Positions 37,298 through 46,472 are shown, counted from the stretch's first letter. The stretch: DNA of 64,000 nt from Patescibacteria group bacterium (GCA_038062295.1 JBBTXL010000008.1:1430-65429); one strand, 5' to 3'. Notes: generated by a model not told the origin, from the sequence alone. Program-made: numbers and translations.

Positions 37298-38188
37298 GTG
37301 TGTGTTATGGTGCGCGGAGCGCAGAAAGAAAAGGATGGTATCGGCAAGGATGGGCCGTATTGCCAGATCGCGAAGAATCGCATATCCGCGAAACATTGCG
37401 GAAAGATCCAGGGGCAGGAAGGTTGTTTCGGTTGTGCGGCGCCGACCCGGCGGTGCGAAAGTTGTGAGGAACACATGGTTGAAATTCCCGAGGTCGGCAT
37501 GTGTACGCAGTGTTGCAAGCGGGAACTCGCGCAAGAGGAGCGCGAGGAAAAGAAGCGGAAAGAACCGCTGGAGGACCCCTGCAAGCTCTGCATGAAACGG
37601 CCGCGCCGTTTCAAGCGGTCCAGGCTGTGTCTGCGGTGCCATCATGAACGGTATGCCGCAGGAGATTTCTCCATGTCGTTGCCGGCGGACGTTCGGAAAA
37701 AGCCGTTCCCTCAAAAACGCGGCAGAAAGAAGCGGGAATTTGACCTTGTAACAGCCATCGCAGAAGCTGAACAGGGCATTCTCTCGGGCGGCATTACTAC
37801 GGTTACCCAGTTGTACCGGCGCCTGCGTCAACCAAAAGACAAAAAATACTGGGAGTTGGTGTTGCGGAAGTTTCAGAAAAAGGGACTCGCACAAGAACCC
37901 AAAAGTCGGGGCGGGCGGTGGAAGCTCCTTGTTCCGGAACAGTTTCAGAAACAAAAGAAGAAGCGGGGGAACCGGGTTCCCATGCCGTCCACGACAGTGG
38001 CGTTGACATCGAGACTTCTCTGGATGACGCGGAATTTTTTTGAAAGCGGCGGTGCGCCAGTAGCGATACTCCAAGAGGCGGTTCGCGAGCTCAAAAAGTT
38101 CCGGCACATGAAAAAAGTGCTCGCTCGCCAAATGCGCGAGTGGGACAAGAAGGGATTTCTCACGGATAAAAAGCAAAAAGGAGTATGA
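37298..38188 (+). CDS. hypothetical Cys-rich (multiple CxxC) and Lys/Arg-rich protein
   Basis: CGKIQGQEGCFGC, CESCEEH, CTQCC, CKLCMKRP...CLRCHH; RBS GGAAAGGGGGTG; chosen over antisense ORF 37280..38176. Confidence 0.45.
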   Translation: MCVMVRGAQKEKDGIGKDGPYCQIAKNRISAKHCGKIQGQEGCFGCAAPTRRCESCEEHMVEIPEVGMCTQCCKRELAQEEREEKKRKEPLEDPCKLCMKRPRRFKRSRLCLRCHHERYAAGDFSMSLPADVRKKPFPQKRGRKKREFDLVTAIAEAEQGILSGGITTVTQLYRRLRQPKDKKYWELVLRKFQKKGLAQEPKSRGGRWKLLVPEQFQKQKKKRGNRVPMPSTTVALTSRLLWMTRNFFESGGAPVAILQEAVRELKKFRHMKKVLARQMREWDKKGFLTDKKQKGV

Positions 38189-38195
38189 TCAATGA

Positions 38196-39125
38196 TCATA
38201 CTCCTTTTTTCGTCGGCATTTCGCCGTCGAGGATTTGTTGTGCCTTGCGTAGGGTCTTGATGAACAGCCCGACCTGATTGAGGAGCCGTTCCTTATCCTT
38301 TGACTCCCGGAGCGAGGAGAAGTCAAAGTTCGAAATTTTTGTATGAGTCTGCGCAAGAAAAGCCGCCATATGTCTTGTGTTTTTCACACCGTTGTTCGCG
38401 GAGTGCCGCTCTCTGCCGTTGCTTTTGGGGTGCATAAGTTGCTGTGCGCGCCCTTTGATCTCGGAGGGTGTGAGCTTCAATTCCATTGCGCGATGAGCCA
38501 TCGGTATCTGGTGTTCCCGGGGAAGTTTTAATATCTCCGTGGCCTTCCAGAGGTCGAGCGACTTGTTGTTCATGAACGGATGCAGTTCGTCAGGAAGTTT
38601 CAATAAACGGATCCTGCCAACAACAAAAGAAACGCTCTTGCCGACACTGTCAGCAACCTTTTGGTTATTGTTTTTATTTCGCGACAGCATCCGATCTAAG
38701 GCATGTGCTTCTTCCATGATGGTCAGACTCTCGCTCTGCAGGTTTTCAATGAGCGCGAGATCCTCCGCCTGTTCGTCGGTTACGTTGTCAATAAGGGAAG
38801 GTATCCGCGCTAATCCGAGCGTTTTAAATGACCGCCATCGTCGCTCGCCGAATATCAGCTCATACTCACCGGGTTCTTCGAGGAGTTCGCGAACGCTGAT
38901 GGGTTGCCGAAGTCCGTGTGCTTTGATGGACGCCGCCAGCTCTTCCATCCGTTGCTGGTTAAAATAGGTGCGCGGCTGGAAGCGGTTCGGCCGTATCCTG
39001 TTCACCGGAAGCTGGACAATTTGTTCCTTTTTCAGTGCCATATCCCCCTCCTTGGGTGTGTTATGCGGTTGGTAATGTGCAACAGTGAATTCTGTCACGG
39101 TACTATGCGCACATGCGCGTGTCAA
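38196..39125 (-). CDS. ParB-like nuclease / partition-family DNA-binding protein (no parA nearby)
   Basis: ParB N-domain VNRIRPNRFQPRTYFNQQRMEELAASIKAHGLRQPISVREL...LIFGERRWRS; RBS AAGGAGGGGG. Confidence 0.75.
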   Translation of the reverse strand: MTRACAHSTVTEFTVAHYQPHNTPKEGDMALKKEQIVQLPVNRIRPNRFQPRTYFNQQRMEELAASIKAHGLRQPISVRELLEEPGEYELIFGERRWRSFKTLGLARIPSLIDNVTDEQAEDLALIENLQSESLTIMEEAHALDRMLSRNKNNNQKVADSVGKSVSFVVGRIRLLKLPDELHPFMNNKSLDLWKATEILKLPREHQIPMAHRAMELKLTPSEIKGRAQQLMHPKSNGRERHSANNGVKNTRHMAAFLAQTHTKISNFDFSSLRESKDKERLLNQVGLFIKTLRKAQQILDGEMPTKKGV

Positions 39126-39606
39126 TTATGACAACAGAAAACCGGAGGGGAATGTTTCCCTCCGGTTTGGCCCGCATCGCGTTGGGCGCGGGGGTTATGT
39201 CCATAAGCTTTCAAGTTCCCGGTGGTGTTCCCATAACACCTCCTTTGCCCGGTGGGTGAATAAAAGTGCAATAGCCGCAAGCGTACACCGCGTTGCGCGT
39301 TGTGTCAAGATGTGGCATGAAAGTTGCGGAAAAGCTGTTTCTATTGTTGTGGATAAGATGGGGGAGAAAACGGGTTGACGCGCCGCGCGCATGATGACAC
39401 AATGGGGGCGGATAATTTATATACGGTAACTCTCTCGTCGGGAAAACCGAGATGACACCTCGGAATGACACCACACACAACTTGTGCGCATGCGTGCCTT
39501 TCCCGTGATGGGTGATTATCAAGCCCCTTTTTGGCGTGTGCCGGGAAGGGGATTATTATTTTTTGTAACCATAATCATTAATCTTTATTCGGTAATCTAA
39601 AACAGT

Positions 39607-40905
39607 ATGAAAAAAGTTCTCTTATCTCTCGGTGCGGTGGCGATGGTGCTGGTTGCGCTCCCCATGTTCTCCGCATTCGAGGCGCATGTTATTAACGTAA
39701 CGGCAAAGATAGAAAATGCTTTGTCGGTTCCGGTGAGCGAAATAGATTTCGGCACCGTGTTCCCGCAGGAAAAGCTGGACAAGCAGTTCGACGTTTCCCT
39801 TTCCCAATCGTTCAAGGATGAGGATAGAGTGGACGACGTGGAATATTACATTCGGCAGAAGCCCAAGTGCTGGGACGGCAACGAAACAACGCCGACCTTC
39901 GGGCGTGTGACGGAAGACGCACAGGGGAACTTTGTATGCGTGGATGAAGGGTTCACCATGCTCCCCATTTTATGCCCGTATCTTTCAAAGCATGAATTGA
40001 CGACCGACGGTACGCAACAGGAAAACGACACGGGTATCAACGCGTTCCACGGCCTACCTGGCAGTTGGACGCTCGCAACCACGCTCGCCACACAGGTAAC
40101 AGGGCGGCTTGCAAAGTCCGTGCAGGACTTTACGGACACCTGGAATGTAGATCTGCGCGTGCCATGCTTTGGTGGCCACTGTGCGCAAGACTGGGATGAT
40201 TTCGTACAGAACTCAAACCCAGCAGACTTAGAAATTGACCCGTCCGCATACATCCAGCCACAGGAAAACGAGCATAAATTGTTCGGCTGTGATCTGTGGG
40301 TAGAGGTGTATCGCATCAGTCTTGCAGGCGGCCCGCCCATCGGGTGCGAGGACGAGCTGGATTTGATGCTCGTGCTTGACCGCTCGGGGAGTATTGGGGA
40401 TACGAATATGGGCGTATTGCAAACTGCCGCAAAAGCATTTGTGGACGCACTAGGACTTGGTACGCCGGGTCCGCACGCGGGCATGGTGAGTTTTGCAAGC
40501 GGCGCCTCGCTGGATGTGCATCTGACGGATGATGCTGTGGCGGTAAAAGCAGCGATCGATTTGTTGGTTTCTTCCGGCCTTACGGCGCTTGGCGACGGCA
40601 TCAATACCGCAAAGACAGAGCTAGACAACCCCGGCGACGGCCACGATCGTCTGGATGCGGGTTCTCCCGACTACATGGTTATTATCACCGACGGCGCGCC
40701 CAACACAGGTGCGGATTCCGCAACCGCAGCGGCTGCGGCAAAAGCGGCCGGTATCACTATCTATGTGGTAGGGGTAGGCACGACGGGTGGCACGGAAACA
40801 TTCTTACGCGATACTATCGCAACCTCGCCCGCACACTACTTCAGCATCGCAAATTACGATGATCTGCAGGCGCTCCTAAGCGGATTGGTAAACTGTCCCG
40901 CATAA
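39607..40905 (+). CDS. secreted protein: conserved post-signal-peptide domain (FEAHVINVTAKIEN...) fused to C-terminal vWA/MIDAS domain; cluster member 1
   Basis: signal peptide MKKVLLSLGAVAMVLVALPMFSA; conserved Cys framework; vWA motifs DLMLVLDRSGSIG, GLTALGDGI, VIITDGAPN. Confidence 0.85.
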   Translation: MKKVLLSLGAVAMVLVALPMFSAFEAHVINVTAKIENALSVPVSEIDFGTVFPQEKLDKQFDVSLSQSFKDEDRVDDVEYYIRQKPKCWDGNETTPTFGRVTEDAQGNFVCVDEGFTMLPILCPYLSKHELTTDGTQQENDTGINAFHGLPGSWTLATTLATQVTGRLAKSVQDFTDTWNVDLRVPCFGGHCAQDWDDFVQNSNPADLEIDPSAYIQPQENEHKLFGCDLWVEVYRISLAGGPPIGCEDELDLMLVLDRSGSIGDTNMGVLQTAAKAFVDALGLGTPGPHAGMVSFASGASLDVHLTDDAVAVKAAIDLLVSSGLTALGDGINTAKTELDNPGDGHDRLDAGSPDYMVIITDGAPNTGADSATAAAAAKAAGITIYVVGVGTTGGTETFLRDTIATSPAHYFSIANYDDLQALLSGLVNCPA

Positions 40906-40908
40906 CGG

Positions 40909-42255
40909 ATGAAAAGAACATTCACCACAATTCTTTCGCTGGGCGCCATGCTCGTCATGGTGCCCATGCTTGCCGCCTACGAGGCGCATGTGTTGAATGT
41001 TATCGCGCAAATTGAGAATGGGGGAGACATCATCGTCACGCCGGGCGACCCGGTGGATTTCGGCACGGTGTTCCCCCAGGAGAAACTGGACAAACAGTTT
41101 GAGATCGCACTCTCGCAGACGTTCATCAACGATCCACAATACGACCTCTTGGAATATTCCGTCACGCAGGAACCCAAATGCTGGAACGGCAACGAGCAAG
41201 CTCCCGTGTTCGGGGAAGCGCAAATCGTGAACAACCAGTTCGTCTGTATTGACCAGGGTTTTACCTTCCTTCCTATTCTGTGTCCGTATCTCTCAAAACA
41301 TGAGCTCACGGGCGACGCGACGGGCGATACGGAGCCGGGCGAAACCCCGGGCGACCCCGTGGATGAAAACGACGGGCCGGGCATCCTCGCGTTTCATGGC
41401 GTGATAGATGTGAATGCTTGGAGCCCGCTCGTTGCTTCCTCCACCATGGAAGTCGGTGCGCTTAAAAAAACAGCCGAAGACCTTGCCGATACCTGGAATA
41501 TTGATCTCAAAGTACCGTGTTTCACGGGCCACTGCGCGCAGGACTGGGAGGACTATGTCAAAGGCATCAACCCGCAGGCAAATCCGGACGACTACATCCA
41601 GCCCCTGGAAAACGAGCACAAGCTGTTTGGCTGTAACATCCGCATCTCGGTGACCGGTAAGCCCTCTACGGTTGGTTGTCAGGGTAAGGTTGACCTCATG
41701 CTCGTACTTGACCGCTCGGGGAGTATTGACTTCACGGAGCTTGGACAACTCAAAACTGCGGCAAATGCTTTTGTGGATGCGCTTGCGCCGTCTGCAAGTA
41801 GTGTACATATTGGCCAATCAAGCTTTGCAACAACCGGCTCGCTTGATTTGCATCTTACCGACAACGCAACATCAACACATGCGGCAATTAACGCACTTAT
41901 TGCGGTCGGGCAGACCAACCTGAAATCCGGTATAGACTTTGCAAAAACGGAACTGAACAACCCCGGCGACGGGCATGACCGCACGGATGGTGACTCGCCC
42001 GACAAGATGGTTATCATCACCGACGGTGCGCCGAACAGACCGATTCCGGCAATTACCGCAGACGATGTAGCAGCAGCATCAGCAGATGCTGCGCGCGCTG
42101 CTGGTATTGAAATTTTTGCACTTGGCGTTGGGGTTTCTGCATCAACTGAAACATTTTTGAAAACCGAAATTGCCGATGATGCCGCGCATTACTATTCCGT
42201 GCTGAACTACGCGGATCTGCAAGCCGCGCTGGAACTGCTTGCCGAATGTGACTGA
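40909..42255 (+). CDS. secreted protein, same N-domain plus vWA domain; cluster member 2
   Basis: AAYEAHVLNVIAQIEN...; DLMLVLDRSGSID, VIITDGAPN; 3-nt spacing from upstream gene. Confidence 0.85.
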   Translation: MKRTFTTILSLGAMLVMVPMLAAYEAHVLNVIAQIENGGDIIVTPGDPVDFGTVFPQEKLDKQFEIALSQTFINDPQYDLLEYSVTQEPKCWNGNEQAPVFGEAQIVNNQFVCIDQGFTFLPILCPYLSKHELTGDATGDTEPGETPGDPVDENDGPGILAFHGVIDVNAWSPLVASSTMEVGALKKTAEDLADTWNIDLKVPCFTGHCAQDWEDYVKGINPQANPDDYIQPLENEHKLFGCNIRISVTGKPSTVGCQGKVDLMLVLDRSGSIDFTELGQLKTAANAFVDALAPSASSVHIGQSSFATTGSLDLHLTDNATSTHAAINALIAVGQTNLKSGIDFAKTELNNPGDGHDRTDGDSPDKMVIITDGAPNRPIPAITADDVAAASADAARAAGIEIFALGVGVSASTETFLKTEIADDAAHYYSVLNYADLQAALELLAECD

Positions 42256-42417
42256 TTGCACACACTCCCATCTTTTGGCGCAAGCGAAAAGATGGGAGTG
42301 GCCACAATCCACCCTTCGCCTCTTTCGGGGCCGCTCGACGCCTAAAGAAGTGAGGGGATGATACGCAATGGCCAGGTCGATCATCCTTAATTAGCATTAA
42401 ACAAAGATTATACGCAT

Positions 42418-43332
42418 ATGAAAAAAGTTTTACTTTCACTGGGAGCTGTTGCCTTCGTATTGGTCGCGCTCCCGATGTTCTCGGCATTTGAGGCGCATGT
42501 TATCAACGTGGTCGCAAAGATCGAGAATGCGCTTTCGGTGGATACGCGACCGATCAACTTCGGCACGGTATTCCCGCAGGAAGAACTTGAACGGCCGTTG
42601 GCGGTTCAACTTTCGCAGTCGTTTGTGGATGAGGAAAATGCCGATGATGTTCGGTACATTATTCGCCAGAAGCCGAAGTGCGGTGTAACAACCGACAATG
42701 GAACTGTATTGGTCGGCCCAACCTGGACCGGTCACGTTGTACCAACACTGGATGACCCGCAAACCACAGATGTTGATGAAAGCAAGGGTGGCACAGCTTA
42801 CACGATTGACTGTGAAAAGGATAAGCCTGCTAACTTGGAGGAAGCAACCTATGGCTTACTGCCGATGCTTTGTCAGTATATCTCGAAGCACCCGGTAGCG
42901 GCTTGCGCTGATGGGTTGGATAATGATAACGATCAGGCAATCGACGGACAGGATGTGGATTGTGCAGGCGCGACAGATGACAACGAAGGATTGCCAGGGT
43001 CTCAACCAGAAGGCGATGATGGAAGTCTGAATTCGTTCCATCAGCCGTTTTCGGTGAGTAATTCGACGGTGCAATGGAATGATGTTCATGGTCTTCTTGC
43101 AAAGTCGCTGAGCGACCGTGCAGATCTGTGGACGATTGACCTTGCGGTGCCATGCTTTGGCGGATACTGCGCACAGGATTGGGCAGACTTTGTGCACGGC
43201 ATCAATCCGGATGCAGACCCGAATGCATACACCCAGTCAATTGACAACGAACACAAGATTTTCGGTTGCAATCTCTGGATTGAAGTGACCGAAGTGAGTC
43301 GTGTTGATACAAACCCGACTGACAACCAATAG
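42418..43332 (+). CDS. secreted protein, same N-domain only (no vWA) with acidic insertion; cluster member 3
   Basis: MKKVLLSLGAVAFVLVALPMFSAFEAHVINVVAKIEN; conserved Cys framework ...VPCFGGYCAQDW...HKIFGCNLWIEV. Confidence 0.8.
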   Translation: MKKVLLSLGAVAFVLVALPMFSAFEAHVINVVAKIENALSVDTRPINFGTVFPQEELERPLAVQLSQSFVDEENADDVRYIIRQKPKCGVTTDNGTVLVGPTWTGHVVPTLDDPQTTDVDESKGGTAYTIDCEKDKPANLEEATYGLLPMLCQYISKHPVAACADGLDNDNDQAIDGQDVDCAGATDDNEGLPGSQPEGDDGSLNSFHQPFSVSNSTVQWNDVHGLLAKSLSDRADLWTIDLAVPCFGGYCAQDWADFVHGINPDADPNAYTQSIDNEHKIFGCNLWIEVTEVSRVDTNPTDNQ

Positions 43333-43420
43333 TTTGAGCTAATCTCTGAATCTCTCCGGCGGTTGCTTGTGACAACGGCCGGAGGATTGAGTGATTATTA
43401 ATTCATAAGAGGGAAAACTT

Positions 43421-43909
43421 ATGGAAAACCAATTGTACGAAGTTCAGCAAGAAACCGCTCCGCAAACGCCCGAAAAAAAGGGCTGGTGGGGAGCGCTCAA
43501 AGTGTGGGAAAAGATAGTCACCATCGTGCTTGCGCTTGTGGTGCTGTTTGCGTTTTATATCGCGCTTGACGCGAATAAATACCAAGCGACGGTGCATGTG
43601 ATAGAAGGCGAGGGGAAAGTGGGTATCAACCCCACCACCGAGCGCCTGGACTTTGGCGACCTTTCGCGTGGGACTTCCGCCGTGCGCCGCGTAACGGTGA
43701 CAAACGGCACGGCAATGCCGATGTATGTGATGGTGTGGAAAACGGGCAAAGTAAGCGAGCTGATGGACGAGAATAAAAATTACTTCACGCTCGCGCCGGG
43801 GAACGAGGAACGCCTTGAATTCACCATTTACATGCCTGCGTCGGCACAGATCGGTGCGACGCTGGATGGCCGTGTGTATTTGCTAAAAATCCCTACGTTC
43901 GGACTGTAA
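43421..43909 (+). CDS. small membrane-anchored member of the same family (N-terminal cytoplasmic tail plus TM, then ...ATVHVIEGEG... domain); cluster member 4
   Basis: LDFGDLSRGTSAVRRVTVTNGT parallels IDFGTVFPQEKLDKQFDVSLSQ of the larger members. Confidence 0.65.
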   Translation: MENQLYEVQQETAPQTPEKKGWWGALKVWEKIVTIVLALVVLFAFYIALDANKYQATVHVIEGEGKVGINPTTERLDFGDLSRGTSAVRRVTVTNGTAMPMYVMVWKTGKVSELMDENKNYFTLAPGNEERLEFTIYMPASAQIGATLDGRVYLLKIPTFGL

Positions 43910-43920
43910 CGCCCAACGCT

Positions 43921-44469
43921 ATGCTTCCCAACCCGCTTATCATTCCTTCGGGACCGCCGCAACGGAGCGCACCGGAACTGCAACAGGCGTCGGAGCGGGA
44001 ACCCGCGCCGGAGGGAAAGAAAAAAAGACCCTTCTGGAGAAAGGCGGTGAATGTCGTTGCATATATAGTCATTATCGGGGGTATTACATTCGGCTTGCCC
44101 AAAGCGCTTGCGTGGGCGCTGGATACGCCCTACCCCATGGCGACCATCACCTCGGGCTCCATGTGGCCTGCGCTCAAAGAGGGCGATTTGGTGTTCATAC
44201 AAGGCATCAAAAGCAAAAGCGACATGAGTATCGGCGATGTGGTGGTGTATCGCAACAAGGAGAATGGCACATTCGTCATTCACCGTGTGGTCGCGATGGG
44301 CGAGAAAACATTTACCACCAAGGGCGACGCCAACTTCTCGAAAGACGACCCGGTGCGGTATGAGGACGCGGTGGGCAAGGCCTACGAACTGGGGGGGTAC
44401 TACGCCCGCATTCCGTACTTGGGCATTATTACCGTGTATGCCAGCAAGCAACTAAACCATCAGCCATGA
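43921..44469 (+). CDS. SipW/Sec11-type (archaeal/ER-type) signal peptidase I
   Basis: N-terminal TM; SGSMWP (Ser box), VIHRVV (His box), TKGDAN (GDNN-like box); ~180 aa with no bacterial LepB Lys box. Confidence 0.75.
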   Translation: MLPNPLIIPSGPPQRSAPELQQASEREPAPEGKKKRPFWRKAVNVVAYIVIIGGITFGLPKALAWALDTPYPMATITSGSMWPALKEGDLVFIQGIKSKSDMSIGDVVVYRNKENGTFVIHRVVAMGEKTFTTKGDANFSKDDPVRYEDAVGKAYELGGYYARIPYLGIITVYASKQLNHQP

Positions 44470-45479
44470 AATTGTTTCCCGTCATTGTTTTTTTCGCACT
44501 TGCGTTCGCGCTCGTGAACTCCGGAATATTTCTTGGAGCGTTTGAAGCGCATGTGCTGAACGTGACGGCCGTGATAGACGACAACCCGCCGCTGTGCGAT
44601 GCGCGCTCGCTGGGGTATTGGAAGAACCACGAGGGATGTTTTAAGGGGAAAGGGGAGAGTATCTGGACGGACGAGATACACCAGGTAACTACGGAATTTG
44701 CGGGGATATTTTACGATATTACGGGAGAGCAAATTTGCAAGGCGGTGTGGATCTCTTCTTGCCCGTCGGGCAACGACCCGGATGCGCGAAGATGCAAGGC
44801 GCGTGCGATGGCGCTTGCCGTGGAGTTGAACCTTGTGTCGGGGCGTTTGCAATTGGACGCTCTGCTTGCGGGAGCGGACGACGGTTCCTCGGCCTTTGAC
44901 CATCTGGGGCTGACGGGGGCCTCCACCATCCGGCAGGCGATGATGATGATAGAAATTATCATCGGCACGCCGTCCTCCACGAGCCAACAGCTCAAAGACG
45001 CGGCGTATGTCGCCGAGCGCATATACACGTTCTATGAGTCGGAAAATCCGGATGCGCCGCGCTGTGTGTATGTCCCGCCGCCGCCCAAAGACGATTGCGA
45101 CAAAGACGGGCATCATAGCGGGAACGATTTTGGGACCGGCACGGAGCAGTTTCTTATCACTACCGGCGGCAGCCACGACGACGGGAAAGAATGCGATGAT
45201 GATACAAAAAACGATGACGACAACCATCACGACTGGTGGGACTTGCTGTCATATCCGGGTGACAATGATTTCAACAGCCAGGACAACCATGAAACCGGCG
45301 ACACAGACAGGGGAGAGCGCGGCGAGCGCGGTTCACACGACAACAACGGGACAACAACGGATGTATTCAATGCCACAACAACCGCCGATGTGTTGAACGG
45401 AACTTCAACGATAGATACCCTTGGTGGTACCGGTGACGATGACGGCCGCAAAGAACGCGGAGACAGGGAAGACCGCTGA
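44466..45479 (+). CDS. secreted protein with the same post-signal motif (FEAHVLNVTAVID) and a long Asp/His/Gly-rich acidic C-terminal tail; cluster member 5
   Basis: ATGA overlap with sipW-like gene; signal peptide; C-terminal DDGKECDDDTKNDDDNHHDWW...GDDDGRKERGDREDR. Confidence 0.7.
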   Translation: MKLFPVIVFFALAFALVNSGIFLGAFEAHVLNVTAVIDDNPPLCDARSLGYWKNHEGCFKGKGESIWTDEIHQVTTEFAGIFYDITGEQICKAVWISSCPSGNDPDARRCKARAMALAVELNLVSGRLQLDALLAGADDGSSAFDHLGLTGASTIRQAMMMIEIIIGTPSSTSQQLKDAAYVAERIYTFYESENPDAPRCVYVPPPPKDDCDKDGHHSGNDFGTGTEQFLITTGGSHDDGKECDDDTKNDDDNHHDWWDLLSYPGDNDFNSQDNHETGDTDRGERGERGSHDNNGTTTDVFNATTTADVLNGTSTIDTLGGTGDDDGRKERGDREDR

Positions 45480-45491
45480 CGTTAGCGCACG

Positions 45492-46472
45492 CTAGATATG
45501 CTTTTGCTGCTCCATTTCGCGGAGCAGTTTTTGCATTGCATCCATCTGGTCGGGGTCGTGGATGGAAATTGCGCACGCGGACGGGTTGAGTTTTTTCAGT
45601 ATGGTGAGTCTCTTTTTTTGTTCTTTGGGTACCAGGAGATCGCTCTTACTCAAGAAAAGGTATTCTTTTTTTTGAAGGAGCTTTGGGTGATATGCGCCAA
45701 GCTCCGTGCGGATGGTTTTGTAATCGCGCGCGGGGTTGTCCGACTCTGCCGATACGAAGTGAAACAGGGTTTTGGTGCGTTCAATATGCCGCAGAAATTT
45801 TACGCCCAAACCTTTGCCCACCGATGCGCCTTCAATAATGCCCGGAATGTCGGCGAGCACCAGGTCGCCATGTACGCCTAAATTCGGTTCCAGCGTGGTG
45901 AAAGGGTAGTTGGCTACCTTGCTTCTGGCTTTGGTGAGCTCGTTGAGCATGCTCGATTTGCCGGCGTTGGGGAGGCCGATAAGTCCGATGTCGGCGATGA
46001 GTTTGAGTTCCAGGCGCAGGGTGAAGCGCTCGCCTTCCCGCCCGCGTTCACATTGTTTGGGTGAGGTGTTGATGGACGAACGGAACAAAAAATTTCCTTT
46101 TCCGCCGCCGCCGCCCCGCGCCATGGGGATGCGCTCGCCGATGGCGGTAATTTCCGCACGGTCGCTGGTGGTGAGACTATGGATAACGGTGCCAACGGGA
46201 ATTTTGATAATAAGGTCTGCGCCGTCGGTGCCGTCGTTGCACTGGATGCGGCCGTGCTTGCCGTTCTCGGCTTTCAGAACTTTTTTAAACCGGAACTGCG
46301 AAAGGGCGGACAGGTTGGAAATACCTTCCATGTACACACTGCCGCCTTTGCCGCCGGTGCCGCCGGTGGGGCCGAGTGCCAGCAGGTTCTTTTGAAACGA
46401 TACTTTGCCGTCTCCGCCGTTGCCCGCGATTATTTCTATAGTGACATCGTCTATTAACATGGAGCGGAGCAT
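45492..46472 (-). CDS. obg: GTPase Obg
   Basis: Gly-rich Obg fold GNGGDGKVSF...GGTGGKGGSV; G1 GLIGLPNAGKSS; G2 FTTLEPNLGV. Confidence 0.9.
   Translation of the reverse strand: MLRSMLIDDVTIEIIAGNGGDGKVSFQKNLLALGPTGGTGGKGGSVYMEGISNLSALSQFRFKKVLKAENGKHGRIQCNDGTDGADLIIKIPVGTVIHSLTTSDRAEITAIGERIPMARGGGGGKGNFLFRSSINTSPKQCERGREGERFTLRLELKLIADIGLIGLPNAGKSSMLNELTKARSKVANYPFTTLEPNLGVHGDLVLADIPGIIEGASVGKGLGVKFLRHIERTKTLFHFVSAESDNPARDYKTIRTELGAYHPKLLQKKEYLFLSKSDLLVPKEQKKRLTILKKLNPSACAISIHDPDQMDAMQKLLREMEQQKHI

Noticed and set aside
37280-38176. Minus-strand 298-aa ORF overlapping the 37298..38188 plus-strand ORF
   Set aside because: The plus-strand product has multiple CxxC zinc-ribbon-like motifs and a good RBS. 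The minus-strand translation is Leu/Pro/Phe-rich with no recognisable features. Confidence is only moderate.
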